Part shown: piece by piece, positions 46,634-56,122 of the stretch
Layout of the letters: each line of letters begins with the position of its first letter
Position numbering within the stretch: the stretch's first letter is position 1
IMG/VR virus record: IMGVR_UViG_3300027706_000269
Location: 27,817 to 91,816 of that record
Strand: one strand, 5' to 3'
From: a virus
Length of the DNA: 64,000 nt
Program-made: the position numbers and the translations under genes
The notes under the pieces: generated by a model
Told to the model about the DNA's origin: nothing
The model's input: the letters and a program-made list of their open reading frames with translations, nothing else
Databases searched by the model: none

Positions 46634-47857
46634 ATGCTCCCCCACCTCGCCGCCCGCCTGTTCGGGACGCCCTTGCTCGTCCAGCGCGCCAAGCTCGACC
46701 TGATCCTCGCGGTGCTCTCCGAGCGCCTCCATCTCGCCGCGCCGGACGTCGAACTCGCGCCGCCGCTGCCGCGGCCCGCGACCCCCCAGGCGTTTCCGGA
46801 AGCTTCGATCGCCGTCCTGCCGATCCACGGCACCCTGGTCAAGCGCACGCTGGGGCTGGAGGCGGCCTCGGGGCTGACGAGCTACGCCGACATCGGCGCG
46901 CGGCTGGAGGCGGCGCTGGCCGACCCTCTGGTGGCCGGCATCGTGCTCGACATCGACTCGCCCGGCGGCGAGACCGGCGGCTGCTTCGAGCTCGCCCGCC
47001 GCGTGCGTGAGGCGGCCGGCCTCAAGCCGGTCTGGGCCGTGGCCAACGACGCCGCCTTCTCCGCGGCCTACGCGATCGGCTGCGCCGCCGAGCGGCTCTA
47101 CGTCACCGAGACCGGCGGCGTGGGCTCGATCGGCGTGATCGCGCTGCACGTGGACCAATCGGCCAAGGACGCCCAGGACGGCTACCGCTACACGGCGATC
47201 ACCGCGGGCGCGCGCAAGAACGACTACTCGCCGCACGAGCCGCTTCACGACGCCGCGCGCGCGGCGCTGCAGGCCGAGGTAGACCGGCTCCACGGCCTCT
47301 TCGTCGCGCACGTGGCGGCGATGCGCGGCCTCCCTGAGGACGCGGTGCGCGCGACCGAGGCCGCGCTCTTCTTCGGCCCGCAGGCCCTCGAGACGGGGCT
47401 GGCCGACGGGGTGGCCACGCTTGCCGCGGTGCTCGCCGAGTTCGACCGACATCTTTCTGCCGCGCGGCGTCCGTCTTCCCCGCCGCGCCAAGCCCCGACC
47501 GGGAAGGCGACCGTTCTCCGAGGAACCCCCTCCATGACCGACACCCCGCCCGAGACGCTCGGCGTGGATGAAGCCGCCGCCCTGGTGGCCGAGGCCCGCC
47601 GCGAAGTGGCGCAGTCCGCGCAAGCGATCGCGGAACTGTGTCTGATCGCCGGCTGCCCCGAGCGCGCCGCCGAGTTCATCGCGGCCGGCCACACCGAGGC
47701 CGCGGTGCGCCGCACCCTGATCGAAGCGCGCGCTGAGCGCAGCACGGAGTCCGCCGTGCGCTCGACCCATAGCCCCGAGGACTGGGCCGCCCCTGGCGCA
47801 GACCCCGCCGCCTCGCCCGTGGTCGCCGCCGTCAAGAAACTCGTCACCCGGGAGTGA
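46634..47857 (+). CDS. S49 head maturation protease with scaffold-like C-terminus (gpC/Nu3-like)
   Basis: LDIDSPGG, SAAYAIG, GSIGV; internal AGGA-ATG (MTDTPP) near 47534 may give a scaffold product. Confidence 0.92.
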   Translation: MLPHLAARLFGTPLLVQRAKLDLILAVLSERLHLAAPDVELAPPLPRPATPQAFPEASIAVLPIHGTLVKRTLGLEAASGLTSYADIGARLEAALADPLVAGIVLDIDSPGGETGGCFELARRVREAAGLKPVWAVANDAAFSAAYAIGCAAERLYVTETGGVGSIGVIALHVDQSAKDAQDGYRYTAITAGARKNDYSPHEPLHDAARAALQAEVDRLHGLFVAHVAAMRGLPEDAVRATEAALFFGPQALETGLADGVATLAAVLAEFDRHLSAARRPSSPPRQAPTGKATVLRGTPSMTDTPPETLGVDEAAALVAEARREVAQSAQAIAELCLIAGCPERAAEFIAAGHTEAAVRRTLIEARAERSTESAVRSTHSPEDWAAPGADPAASPVVAAVKKLVTRE

Positions 47858-47860
47858 ACC

Positions 47861-48238
47861 ATGCCCACGCTCACCCAAGCCCCCCACCTCGGCGACCTCG
47901 TGAAGTACGAGGCGCCGAACCTGTACTCGCGCGAGCAGGCGACCGTGGCCGCCGGGCAGAACCTACCGCTGGGCGCCGTGGTCGGGCGCGTGACGGCCAC
48001 GGGCAAGCTCAAGGCCCTCGACCCCAGCGCCACCGACGGCACGGAAGTGGCCGCGGGCGTCCTGGGCAACGCGGTCGATGCAACGCTGATCGACCGCGAG
48101 GATGCGATCCTGATCGCTCGCCATGCCATCGTCGCGCGCCACGCGCTCGTCTGGCCCGCGGGGATCACCACCGCGCAGCAGCTCGCTGCGATCGCCCAAC
48201 TCGAAGCGCGCGGCATCGTGGTGCGCGACAGCGCCTGA
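47861..48238 (+). CDS. Head decoration protein (gpD-like)
   Basis: YSREQATVAAGQNLPLGAVVG, DGTEVAAGVL. Confidence 0.88.
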   Translation: MPTLTQAPHLGDLVKYEAPNLYSREQATVAAGQNLPLGAVVGRVTATGKLKALDPSATDGTEVAAGVLGNAVDATLIDREDAILIARHAIVARHALVWPAGITTAQQLAAIAQLEARGIVVRDSA

Positions 48239-48260
48239 TTCCGCCCCTCCCCACACCTCG

Positions 48261-48292
48261 GACGACCCGCCATTCGGCGGGTTCGTCGTTTC
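48261..48292 (+). terminator. Hairpin before the capsid gene
   Basis: GACGACCCGCC-ATTC-GGCGGGTTCGTC then GTTT. Confidence 0.5.
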
Positions 48293-48304
48293 TGGAGTCT
48301 CCCG

Positions 48305-49306
48305 ATGCTCAACCCCTTCGATTCCCCCGGCTTCTCGATGGCGAGCCTGACCGCCGCCATCAACCTGATCCCCAACCGCTACGGGCGGCTGGAAGCCTTG
48401 AACCTGTTTCCGGCCAAGCCCGTGCGCACGCGCCAGGTCGTCATCGAGGAGTACGCCGGGCGCCTGAACCTCTTGCCCACCCGGCCGCCCGGCTCGCCGG
48501 GCACGGTGGGCGAACGCGGCCGGCGCCGGCTGCGTTCCTTCGTCGTCCCGCACATCCCGCACGACGACGTGGTGTTGCCCGAGGAGGTGCAGGGCATCCG
48601 GGCCTTCGGCTCGGAAACCGAGATGGAGGCGGTCGCCGGCGTGCTCGCTCGACATCTCGAGACCATGCGCAACAAGCACGCGATCACCCTCGAGCACCTG
48701 CGCATGGGCGCGCTCAAGGGCCAGATCCTGGACGCCGACGGCAGCATCATCTACGACCTGTTCGACGAGTTCGAGCTCAGTCAGGCCACCATCGCCTTCG
48801 ATCTGGCCAATGCCAACAGCGACGTCAAGGGCCACTGCTACGAGGTGCTGGCGCACATCGAGGAGAACTTGAAGGGCGAGTTCATGACCGGCGTGCACGT
48901 CCTCTGTTCGCCCGAGTTCTTCCGGGCGCTCACCGGCCACAAGTCGGTCAAGGAGGCCTATACCCAGTGGCAACAGGGCGCGATCCTGATCAACGACGTG
49001 CGCGCGGGCTTCGTCTTCGCCGGCATCACCTTCGAGGAGTACCGCGGCCAGGCGACCGATGCCAACGGCAACGCGCGCCGCTTCATCGCCGCGGGCGAGG
49101 CTCACGCCTTCCCGCTGGGGACGGTGGACACCTTCGCCACGTATTTCGCGCCTGCCGACTTCAACGAGACCGTCAACACCTTGGGCCAGCCGCTCTACGC
49201 CAAGCAGGAGCCGCGCAAGTTCGACCGCGGCACCGATCTGCACACCCAGAGCAACCCGCTGCCGATGTGCCACCGGCCCGGCGTGCTGGTGAAGCTCACC
49301 GTCTGA
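48305..49306 (+). CDS. Major capsid protein (lambda gpE family)
   Basis: SLTAAINLIP, VQGIRAFG, FAPADFNETVNTLG, QSNPLPMCHRP. Confidence 0.95.
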   Translation: MLNPFDSPGFSMASLTAAINLIPNRYGRLEALNLFPAKPVRTRQVVIEEYAGRLNLLPTRPPGSPGTVGERGRRRLRSFVVPHIPHDDVVLPEEVQGIRAFGSETEMEAVAGVLARHLETMRNKHAITLEHLRMGALKGQILDADGSIIYDLFDEFELSQATIAFDLANANSDVKGHCYEVLAHIEENLKGEFMTGVHVLCSPEFFRALTGHKSVKEAYTQWQQGAILINDVRAGFVFAGITFEEYRGQATDANGNARRFIAAGEAHAFPLGTVDTFATYFAPADFNETVNTLGQPLYAKQEPRKFDRGTDLHTQSNPLPMCHRPGVLVKLTV

Positions 49307-49318
49307 GGGTCCTGTCCG

Positions 49319-49603
49319 ATGGTCTGTGTGGAGGATCTGTACGACGCCGCCGAGCGCGCGGGACTCTTGACGCCCGTCGTGGTGGGCACCACCACCGTGT
49401 CCTGCGCGTTCCGTGCGCCGGACGAGACGGTGCTCGACGGCCTGGCGCTGGCGCGCGACTTCGAGATCGAATACGCGGCCTCGCGCATCCATCTCGCACC
49501 GGGCGACGTGGTCACCATCGCCGGCGAGTCCTACCGCGTGCGCGAGGTGAGGGCGCTCGGCGACGGCCGCGAGTGCCGGGCCCAGCTTGCGAGGCTGCCA
49601 TGA
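49319..49603 (+). CDS. Head-tail joining protein
   Basis: GDVVTIAGESYRV; after the capsid gene. Confidence 0.75.
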   Translation: MVCVEDLYDAAERAGLLTPVVVGTTTVSCAFRAPDETVLDGLALARDFEIEYAASRIHLAPGDVVTIAGESYRVREVRALGDGRECRAQLARLP

Positions 49604-50025
49604 ACTCGGTGCGCGAGCGCCTGCTGCGCACCCTCGTCGATCGGCTCACGGCGGCCCTGGCCCCGGCGCCCGTGCTGCGCCAGCCGGCGACACCGCTGCC
49701 CCGCGAGGCCGGCCCTGCGTTGCTCGTCTTCGTCGAGGGTGACGCCCTCATCGCACATGCCAACCGGCTGACGGACCGGGCGCTCACCGTGCGCCTGGTC
49801 GCGCTCGCGCGCGGCATGGACGCCTTCGACGCGGCCGACCGGCTGATCGTCGCCGCTCACGCCGCCGTGCTCGCGGACCCGAACCTGGGCGGCCTGGCGC
49901 TCGCGGTGCGCGAGCTCGACGCCGACTGGGACGCCGACGACCTCGATGCCGGCACGGTGACGCTGCCGGCGCGCTACGAGATCCGCTACCGCACCGCCCT
50001 GACCGACCTCACGACCCCGGGATGA
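49600..50025 (+). CDS. Tail terminator-like protein
   Basis: ATGA-coupled; LGGLAL..YEIRYRT; before the tail tube. Confidence 0.7.
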   Translation: MNSVRERLLRTLVDRLTAALAPAPVLRQPATPLPREAGPALLVFVEGDALIAHANRLTDRALTVRLVALARGMDAFDAADRLIVAAHAAVLADPNLGGLALAVRELDADWDADDLDAGTVTLPARYEIRYRTALTDLTTPG

Positions 50026-50234
50026 CCCCCATGCACATCGAACTGCTCCAACCCCACACCCACGCCGGTCGGCGCCTGCCCGCGGGCGCGCGGCTGGACC
50101 TGCCCGAGGCCAGCGCCCGCTGGCTGATCGCCCAGGGCGTGGCTCGGATCGTCACGCCGGATTCCTTGATCCCACCCCCCAAACCCTCGCGCCGTGACGG
50201 TCCCGCTGTCCCGGCAAGCTCCACGGGAGACTGA
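50022..50234 (+). CDS. Small phage protein
   Basis: LLQPHTHAG..ARWLIAQGVA. Confidence 0.65.
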   Translation: MTPMHIELLQPHTHAGRRLPAGARLDLPEASARWLIAQGVARIVTPDSLIPPPKPSRRDGPAVPASSTGD

Positions 50235-50236
50235 CC

Positions 50237-50362
50237 ATGGCCTACTTCTGGCTTCGGCCGCTTCGCTTAACGCCCGCTACGCGGGCATTAGCCTTCGCCG
50301 CAACGCGCCGACACGGCGCGTTGTCCGGACACATTGCCGATCGCTGAGGAGGGACGGCAATG
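50237..50362 (+). other. Duplicated tail-tube gene start with a 75-bp in-frame multi-hairpin insertion (36-aa leader ORF 50237-50347)
   Basis: ATGGCCTACTTC[75 bp]TCCGGACA versus ATGGCCTATTTCTCTGGACA at 50360; four hairpins. Confidence 0.75.
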
Positions 50363-51112
50363 GCCTATTTCTCTGGACAAGGGCGCGTCTACATCGGCGC
50401 GCGCGACTCGGCAGGCAACCCCGCCGGCCTCACCTTCGTCGGCAACGTGCCGGAACTGAAGGTGTCGCTGTCGGTGGAGACGCTGGAACACCAGGAGGCG
50501 CAGTCCGGCCAGCGCCTGACCGACCTGCAGCTCATCAAGACCAAGAAGGGCGAGTTCGCCTGCACGCTGGAGGAACTCAGCGCCGGCAACCTCGCGCTCG
50601 CCCTCTACGGCCACTCGACCACGGTGGCGCCAGGCACGGTCACGGGCGAGGCGCTGCCCAACCCGGTCACCGCGGGCCACCTCTATCCGCTCGCGCACCA
50701 GAACGTCTCGGCGGTGCAGATCCAGGACGGGAGCAGCCCGCCCAAGACCCTGCCGGCGACGCAGGTCCAGGTGCACGCCCGGCACGGCTCGGTGCTGATC
50801 CTCGACGCCACGACCGGCGGCCCCTATGTCGAGCCCTTCACCGTGGATTACGCCTTTGGTGCCGCGCAGAGCACGGCGATGTTCACCCGGCCGCTGCCCG
50901 AGCGCTGGATCCGTTTCGAGGGCCTCAACACCGCCGACGCCAACCGCGAGGTGGTGATCGACCTCTATCGCGTGGCGATCAACCCGGCCAAGGAGCTTTC
51001 GATCATCACCGACGAACTGCTGAAGTTCGAACTCTCCGGCCAGGTGCTGGCGGACCTCTCCAAGCCCGCCGACGGCGAACTCGGCCAGTTCGGCCGCCTG
51101 GTGCTCTTGTAA
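50360..51112 (+). CDS. Major tail tube protein
   Basis: MAYFSGQGRVYIG; paralog of 1-674. Confidence 0.88.
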   Translation: MAYFSGQGRVYIGARDSAGNPAGLTFVGNVPELKVSLSVETLEHQEAQSGQRLTDLQLIKTKKGEFACTLEELSAGNLALALYGHSTTVAPGTVTGEALPNPVTAGHLYPLAHQNVSAVQIQDGSSPPKTLPATQVQVHARHGSVLILDATTGGPYVEPFTVDYAFGAAQSTAMFTRPLPERWIRFEGLNTADANREVVIDLYRVAINPAKELSIITDELLKFELSGQVLADLSKPADGELGQFGRLVLL

Positions 51113-51116
51113 GGGG

Positions 51117-51551
51117 ATGGCGATGACCGATAGCAATACCGACTTCCAGACCTTCCCGCCCGTGCCCCAGGTGGTCACGGTGGCCGGCACCGCGCTGGAA
51201 CTCACGCCGATCCGGCTGGGCGAGTTACCCCGGATCCTCGCCGCGGTGCGGCCCATCGCCGCCGACCTCTCGACCGAGCCGGATTGGCTCGACCTCTTGG
51301 GACGACACGGCGAAGCGGTGCTGGAGCTGCTCGCGCTCGCCACCCGGCGCGAGCGCGCCTGGATCGAGGGGCTGGCGCTCGACGAGGCCGTCACCTTGGC
51401 CTGTGCCGTGTTCGAGGTGAACGCGGATTTTTTCGTGCGGCAGGTGGCGCCGAGCATCGCGCAGGTGGGCGAGCGGCTGGCGCCGATCCTCTCGGCTGGG
51501 ACGATGCCGTCGCCCGGCTCGTCGCCTGCGGCCACCGCCACACCGAGGTGA
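51117..51551 (+). CDS. Tail assembly chaperone (gpG analogue)
   Basis: Paralog of 689-1090; T TTT TTC at 51428-51434. Confidence 0.75.
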   Translation: MAMTDSNTDFQTFPPVPQVVTVAGTALELTPIRLGELPRILAAVRPIAADLSTEPDWLDLLGRHGEAVLELLALATRRERAWIEGLALDEAVTLACAVFEVNADFFVRQVAPSIAQVGERLAPILSAGTMPSPGSSPAATATPR

Positions 51552-51715
51552 TGGGCTACACGCTCGCGCAAGTGCGCGGCTTGCTGGCCGCCCACGGCCG
51601 GCTGGAACGTAGGCAGAACGCCTTGCGGCTGGCCTTGCACGCGGTGGCGGCCCAGGGCGACCGGGCGGCCATCGAGCGGCTGCAGCGCGACTTGTGGGAG
51701 GACATGCAGCCATGA
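51428..51715 (+). CDS. -1 frameshift extension (gpGT analogue)
   Basis: Open -1 frame with GHR..YTLAQVRG. Confidence 0.7.
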   Translation, partial: FFRAAGGAEHRAGGRAAGADPLGWDDAVARLVACGHRHTEVMGYTLAQVRGLLAAHGRLERRQNALRLALHAVAAQGDRAAIERLQRDLWEDMQP

Positions 51716-52353
51716 AACTGACGCTGGCCACCTCCGGACTGCTCGATCCGAGGCGGCTCTCGGCCTGGAGCGCCGAACGCCGACGGGCGATCCATGCCGC
51801 CGTCGCCAAAGGGATGGTCTCGGGCGGCCGCGAGGTGCGCGAGGCCGCCCGCGCCCAGATGCGCAGCGCCTTCCAGATCCGGCGCGCGAGCTTCGTCGCC
51901 TCGCTGCAGGCCAAGGTGTTCGACCGCAAGCCCGATCGCCTGCCCGCGCTGTGGGTGGGCAGCCGCATCCCCTGGCTGGGCATCCACACCCAGGGTGGCA
52001 CGGTCGCGGGCCGGATGCTGATCCCGCTGCTACCGGGACGGATCGGCCCCAAGCGCTTCCGTCAGGTCATCGACGGCCTGATGCGCTCGGGCAATGCCTT
52101 CTTCGTCGAGAAGAACGGCCGCGTGCTGCTGATGGCCGAGAACCTCCGCGAGAACGCCGCGCAGCTCAACCGCTTCAAGCGCGCCGAGCGCGAGCGCCGC
52201 GGCGTCAAGCGCCTGCAGCGCGGCCAGGAGATCCCCATCGCCGTGCTGGTGCGGCGGGTGGATCTGAAGCGCCGGTTCGATCTCGCAGCAGGCGTGCAAG
52301 GCGCCTTGCCCAAGCTCGCTGCCGCGATCGGGCGTGAATTGGACAAACTCTAA
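51712..52353 (+). CDS. DUF6441-like tail-region protein
   Basis: Paralog of 1271-1915. Confidence 0.75.
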   Translation: MKLTLATSGLLDPRRLSAWSAERRRAIHAAVAKGMVSGGREVREAARAQMRSAFQIRRASFVASLQAKVFDRKPDRLPALWVGSRIPWLGIHTQGGTVAGRMLIPLLPGRIGPKRFRQVIDGLMRSGNAFFVEKNGRVLLMAENLRENAAQLNRFKRAERERRGVKRLQRGQEIPIAVLVRRVDLKRRFDLAAGVQGALPKLAAAIGRELDKL

Positions 52354-55052
52354 TGGCAACCGAGCGAGCCCAGATCCTCATCCGCGCCGTCGACGAGACG
52401 CGCGCGGCCTTCGGCTCGATCCAGCGCAACCTCGGCGGCCTGGCCGACGCCGCACGCCGGGTCAACGGCGTGCTGGCCGGGCTCGGCGTGGCCTTGTCGG
52501 CGGCGGGCTTGGCGGCGATGGTCAGGTCGGCGCTGGAGTCGGCCGATGCGCTGAACAAGCTCTCGCAGCGCGTGGGCATCACGGTGGAGGCTCTGTCCAC
52601 CCTGGTGCCGGCGGCGGAACTGTCCGGTGTCTCCGCCCAGACCTTCGAGACCGGGCTCAAGAAGCTCGCCACCACGATGTTCGAGGCGGCCACGGGCTCG
52701 GAGGAGTCCGCCCGGCGCCTCAAAGCGCTGGGCGTGGCGTTCCAGAACCAGGACGGCACGCTGCGCGCGACCGATGCGGTGCTGCTCGATCTGGCCGACC
52801 GTTTCCAGGCCATGCCCGACGGGGCGCAGAAGTCGGCGCTGGCGGTGCAGCTCTTCGGCAAGAGCGGCGCGGAGCTCATCCCCTTCCTGAACCAGGGACG
52901 CGAAGGCATCGCGGCATTGACCGGCGAGATGGAAGCGCTCGGCGTGCAGATCGGCGGCGACACCGCGGCGCAGGCCGAGGTGTTCAACGACTCGCTGGCC
53001 AAGCTGCGGCTGGCTGCGACGAGTCTGGCCAACCGGGTGATCGAGGCCTTCCTGCCGGCCCTGAACGAGATGGCCGGCGGCATGGTCGAGTCGGCCAAGC
53101 AGGGCGGCACGCTGCGCGCGATCCTGGACGGCGTGGTGCTGGTGCTCAAGACCCTGGCGCTGGGTGCCGCCACGGTCGGCAAGGCCTTCGTCGCACTCGG
53201 CGAGGCGATCGGCGCTGGTGTCGCGGCGGCGGTCGAGGCCCTGCGCGGCAACACCGCCGGGGCCAAGGCCATCATCGCCGAACTCAAGGGCAGCCTCGTG
53301 CGGCGTCTGGACGAGTTGGCCGAGTTCCGGGACAGCCTGTTCGACCCCAAGCCCATCGAGGTCCAGGCGCCCAAGGTGCAGGCCGACCCGGCGCTGCTGC
53401 AACGGCTCACGGCTCCGGGCCAGGCCCGCGAGGCCGCCAGCGCCCTGGCGGCCCTGCGCAAGGCGCAGATGGACGCCGAGTTCGCCCTGCTCAAAGACGG
53501 CCTCGAGCGCCAACAGCGCGCGCTCGATCAAGCACTGGAAGACCGGCTGCTGTCGGTGCGCGACTACCACGGCCGCAAGACTGCGCTGGAGCAGCGCGAA
53601 CTCGACGCCGAGATCGCCCGTCGCCGGCTGGCACTCGCAGCTAGCCAAGCCGTCGCGACCAACCCGCGCGCTGCCGAATCGGACCGCCTGCGAGCCAAAG
53701 CGGAGATCGCCAAGCTCGAGGCCGACCTCATCGTCCTCAACGACCGCCGCGCCGACATCGAGGTCGCCAACGCCCGCGCCGCCGCCCGGGCCGAGCGGGA
53801 ACTGGCCGAGGCCCTGGCCCAGGCGCGCGAGGAACTCGCCCAGCTCACCGGCACCGACACGGCGGAAGACCGGCGCGCCGCGATCGAGCGCAGCGTCCGG
53901 GATCTTCGCGCACGCCTGGCGGCCGAGAACGACGCCGCGGGCGTGGCGCTGATCGACCGGCTCATCGACGTGAAGGCCGCCCAGGCCAACCTCGCCCGGC
54001 TGGAACAGGAGTGGCGGCTCGTCACCGAGCGGCTGCGCAATGCCCAGGAGGCGATCCAGATCCAGCAGCAGGCCGGGCTGCTCACCGAAGCCCAGGCCCG
54101 CGAACGGATCGTCGCCTTGCAGCGCGAGTCCGCCGATGAGATGCAGCGCCTGCTGCCCGCGATGCAGCAGGCCGCGCAGGCGATCGGGCCGGAGGCGGTG
54201 AACCGCGTGGCCGCCTGGCGCAACGAACTGGAGCGCACGCGGCTGGTCACCGACGAACTCGCGCCGCTGTGGAACCGCATCGGCGAGGGCTTCGGCAACG
54301 CCCTGCAGGGCATGGTCACCGGCGCGCAAAGCTTCCGCGAGGCGCTGTCGAACCTGTTCCGCCAAGTGGCCGACGCCTTCCTGCAGCAGATGGTGATCCA
54401 GCCCTTCCAGAAGTGGGTGGCGATGCAGGCGCGGATGCTGGCGCTCAAGCTCGGCTTCGTGCAGCAGGAGCAGGCGATCGAGCAAGCGGCGGCCGCCCAG
54501 TCGGTGGCGCAGAAGTCCGCCGAGACCACCGCCAAGGTGTCGATGGACGCGGCCCAGGCCGGCGCGGGCGCGGCGGCCTCGCAGGCATCCATCCCCATCG
54601 CCGGGCCGGCGCTGGCCATCGCCGCGATGGCGGCGATGGTGGCCGCCGTCATGGCCTTGCTGGGCGGGATCAAGAAGTTCGCGGCCGGCGGCTTCGTCAC
54701 GGGTCCCGGCACGGCGACCTCGGATTCGATCCCGGCACGGCTGTCGGCCGGCGAATACGTGGTGCGTGCGGCGGCGGTCCGGCGTGTCGGCGTGGCCTTC
54801 CTCGATGCCCTCAACGGCCTGCACGCCCCGCCGGTGTGGGACGGGCGGCGTCTGGCCCTGGCCGCCGGGGGCCTCGTGCCCCAGGTCCAGGTGCAGCCGG
54901 CCGCACCGCAGGTCAGCCAGGCCGTGCGCATCGTCAACGCCATCGACCCGGGCGTCACCCACGACCACCTGCAGACCCCCGCGGGCGAGCGGGTGATCCT
55001 CAACATCATCGGGCGCAACGCGCGCGCGGTGCGCGCGGCGCTCCAGGGATAG
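52353..55052 (+). CDS. Tail tape measure protein
   Basis: 899 aa, Ala-rich; LFGKSGAELIPFLNQG; FAAGG..SDSIPARLSAGEYV. Confidence 0.92.
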   Translation: MATERAQILIRAVDETRAAFGSIQRNLGGLADAARRVNGVLAGLGVALSAAGLAAMVRSALESADALNKLSQRVGITVEALSTLVPAAELSGVSAQTFETGLKKLATTMFEAATGSEESARRLKALGVAFQNQDGTLRATDAVLLDLADRFQAMPDGAQKSALAVQLFGKSGAELIPFLNQGREGIAALTGEMEALGVQIGGDTAAQAEVFNDSLAKLRLAATSLANRVIEAFLPALNEMAGGMVESAKQGGTLRAILDGVVLVLKTLALGAATVGKAFVALGEAIGAGVAAAVEALRGNTAGAKAIIAELKGSLVRRLDELAEFRDSLFDPKPIEVQAPKVQADPALLQRLTAPGQAREAASALAALRKAQMDAEFALLKDGLERQQRALDQALEDRLLSVRDYHGRKTALEQRELDAEIARRRLALAASQAVATNPRAAESDRLRAKAEIAKLEADLIVLNDRRADIEVANARAAARAERELAEALAQAREELAQLTGTDTAEDRRAAIERSVRDLRARLAAENDAAGVALIDRLIDVKAAQANLARLEQEWRLVTERLRNAQEAIQIQQQAGLLTEAQARERIVALQRESADEMQRLLPAMQQAAQAIGPEAVNRVAAWRNELERTRLVTDELAPLWNRIGEGFGNALQGMVTGAQSFREALSNLFRQVADAFLQQMVIQPFQKWVAMQARMLALKLGFVQQEQAIEQAAAAQSVAQKSAETTAKVSMDAAQAGAGAAASQASIPIAGPALAIAAMAAMVAAVMALLGGIKKFAAGGFVTGPGTATSDSIPARLSAGEYVVRAAAVRRVGVAFLDALNGLHAPPVWDGRRLALAAGGLVPQVQVQPAAPQVSQAVRIVNAIDPGVTHDHLQTPAGERVILNIIGRNARAVRAALQG

Positions 55053-55054
55053 CC

Positions 55055-56122
55055 ATGGCCTTGCTCTTCATCGACGGTTTCGATCACTACGACCCACAGG
55101 CACTCGACCCCTTCGGCGATCCGTGGCTCGCGCGCGGCAAGGCGGCGTACCTGTCGCCGCAGGCGCAGCGCATCCAGGGCCGGCGACCCTCGTCCTACGC
55201 CTTGCGTCTGCCGGCAGGTGCCGGCGGCGGCTACGTCAAGAACCTGGAGACCGGGCGCACCAGCCTCATCGTGGGTGCGGCGCTGCGCGTGGCGCCGTTC
55301 GAGAACACCGGCGAGGAGCCGGTGCTGCTCGGCGTGCGCGACACCACCGCGCAGGTGGCGCACCTCGTCAAGATCGGCGAGGACGGGCGCCTGAAGCTCT
55401 ACCGGCGGATGGGATGGGAGGGCGGCTGGGACCAGTTGATCTCGACCTCGGTCATGACGGCGGCCGTGCGGGGGTGGCACTACGTCGAACTGCAGGTCGT
55501 GCAGGGCACGAGCAACGGCACGTTGAACGTGCGCCTCAACGGCGTGCTCGCGATCACCCTGTCGGCGCAGAACACCACCCAGGGCGGCGGGCCGCTGCTC
55601 ACCGCCTTCGCAGGCAGCGTGCCGGGCCAACCCTGCCCGGTCACCGTCGATGTGGACGACCTCTACCTCGCCGACACCTCGGGCACGATCAACAACACCT
55701 TCCTCGGCGACGTGCGGGTCGATGCGCTGAAGCCGCAAGCGTCTGGGGCACTGAACCAATGGACGGTCGAGCCCGCGGGACTGCCCGCTTGGGCTGCGGT
55801 GAGCGACGGCGATGAGACGACGGCGCTGCGCGCGGCCACGGCGGGCCTGCGCCAGACGTTCGACGTCGAGGCGCTGCCCGTGATGACCACCCCGGCGATC
55901 CACGGCGTGCAGGTGACCCTGCTCGCGCGCAAGACGGATGCGGGCAGCGGCCGCGTGCGTGGGCTCGTGGCGAGCGGTGCGCAGACCGCCGTGAGCACCG
56001 ACATCAATCTGCAAGAGCAACTGGCCTGGCACACGGCGCTGTTCGAGCGCAACCCGAACGGCAACGTCCAGTGGACGGAAGGCGCCTTCAACGCCGCCGA
56101 GTTCGGGCTGGAGTCGGCATGA
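55055..56122 (+). CDS. Tail tip protein with LamG/ConA-like domain
   Basis: MALLFIDGFDHY, WHYVEL, DDLYLAD..FLGDVRV. Confidence 0.7.
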   Translation: MALLFIDGFDHYDPQALDPFGDPWLARGKAAYLSPQAQRIQGRRPSSYALRLPAGAGGGYVKNLETGRTSLIVGAALRVAPFENTGEEPVLLGVRDTTAQVAHLVKIGEDGRLKLYRRMGWEGGWDQLISTSVMTAAVRGWHYVELQVVQGTSNGTLNVRLNGVLAITLSAQNTTQGGGPLLTAFAGSVPGQPCPVTVDVDDLYLADTSGTINNTFLGDVRVDALKPQASGALNQWTVEPAGLPAWAAVSDGDETTALRAATAGLRQTFDVEALPVMTTPAIHGVQVTLLARKTDAGSGRVRGLVASGAQTAVSTDINLQEQLAWHTALFERNPNGNVQWTEGAFNAAEFGLESA

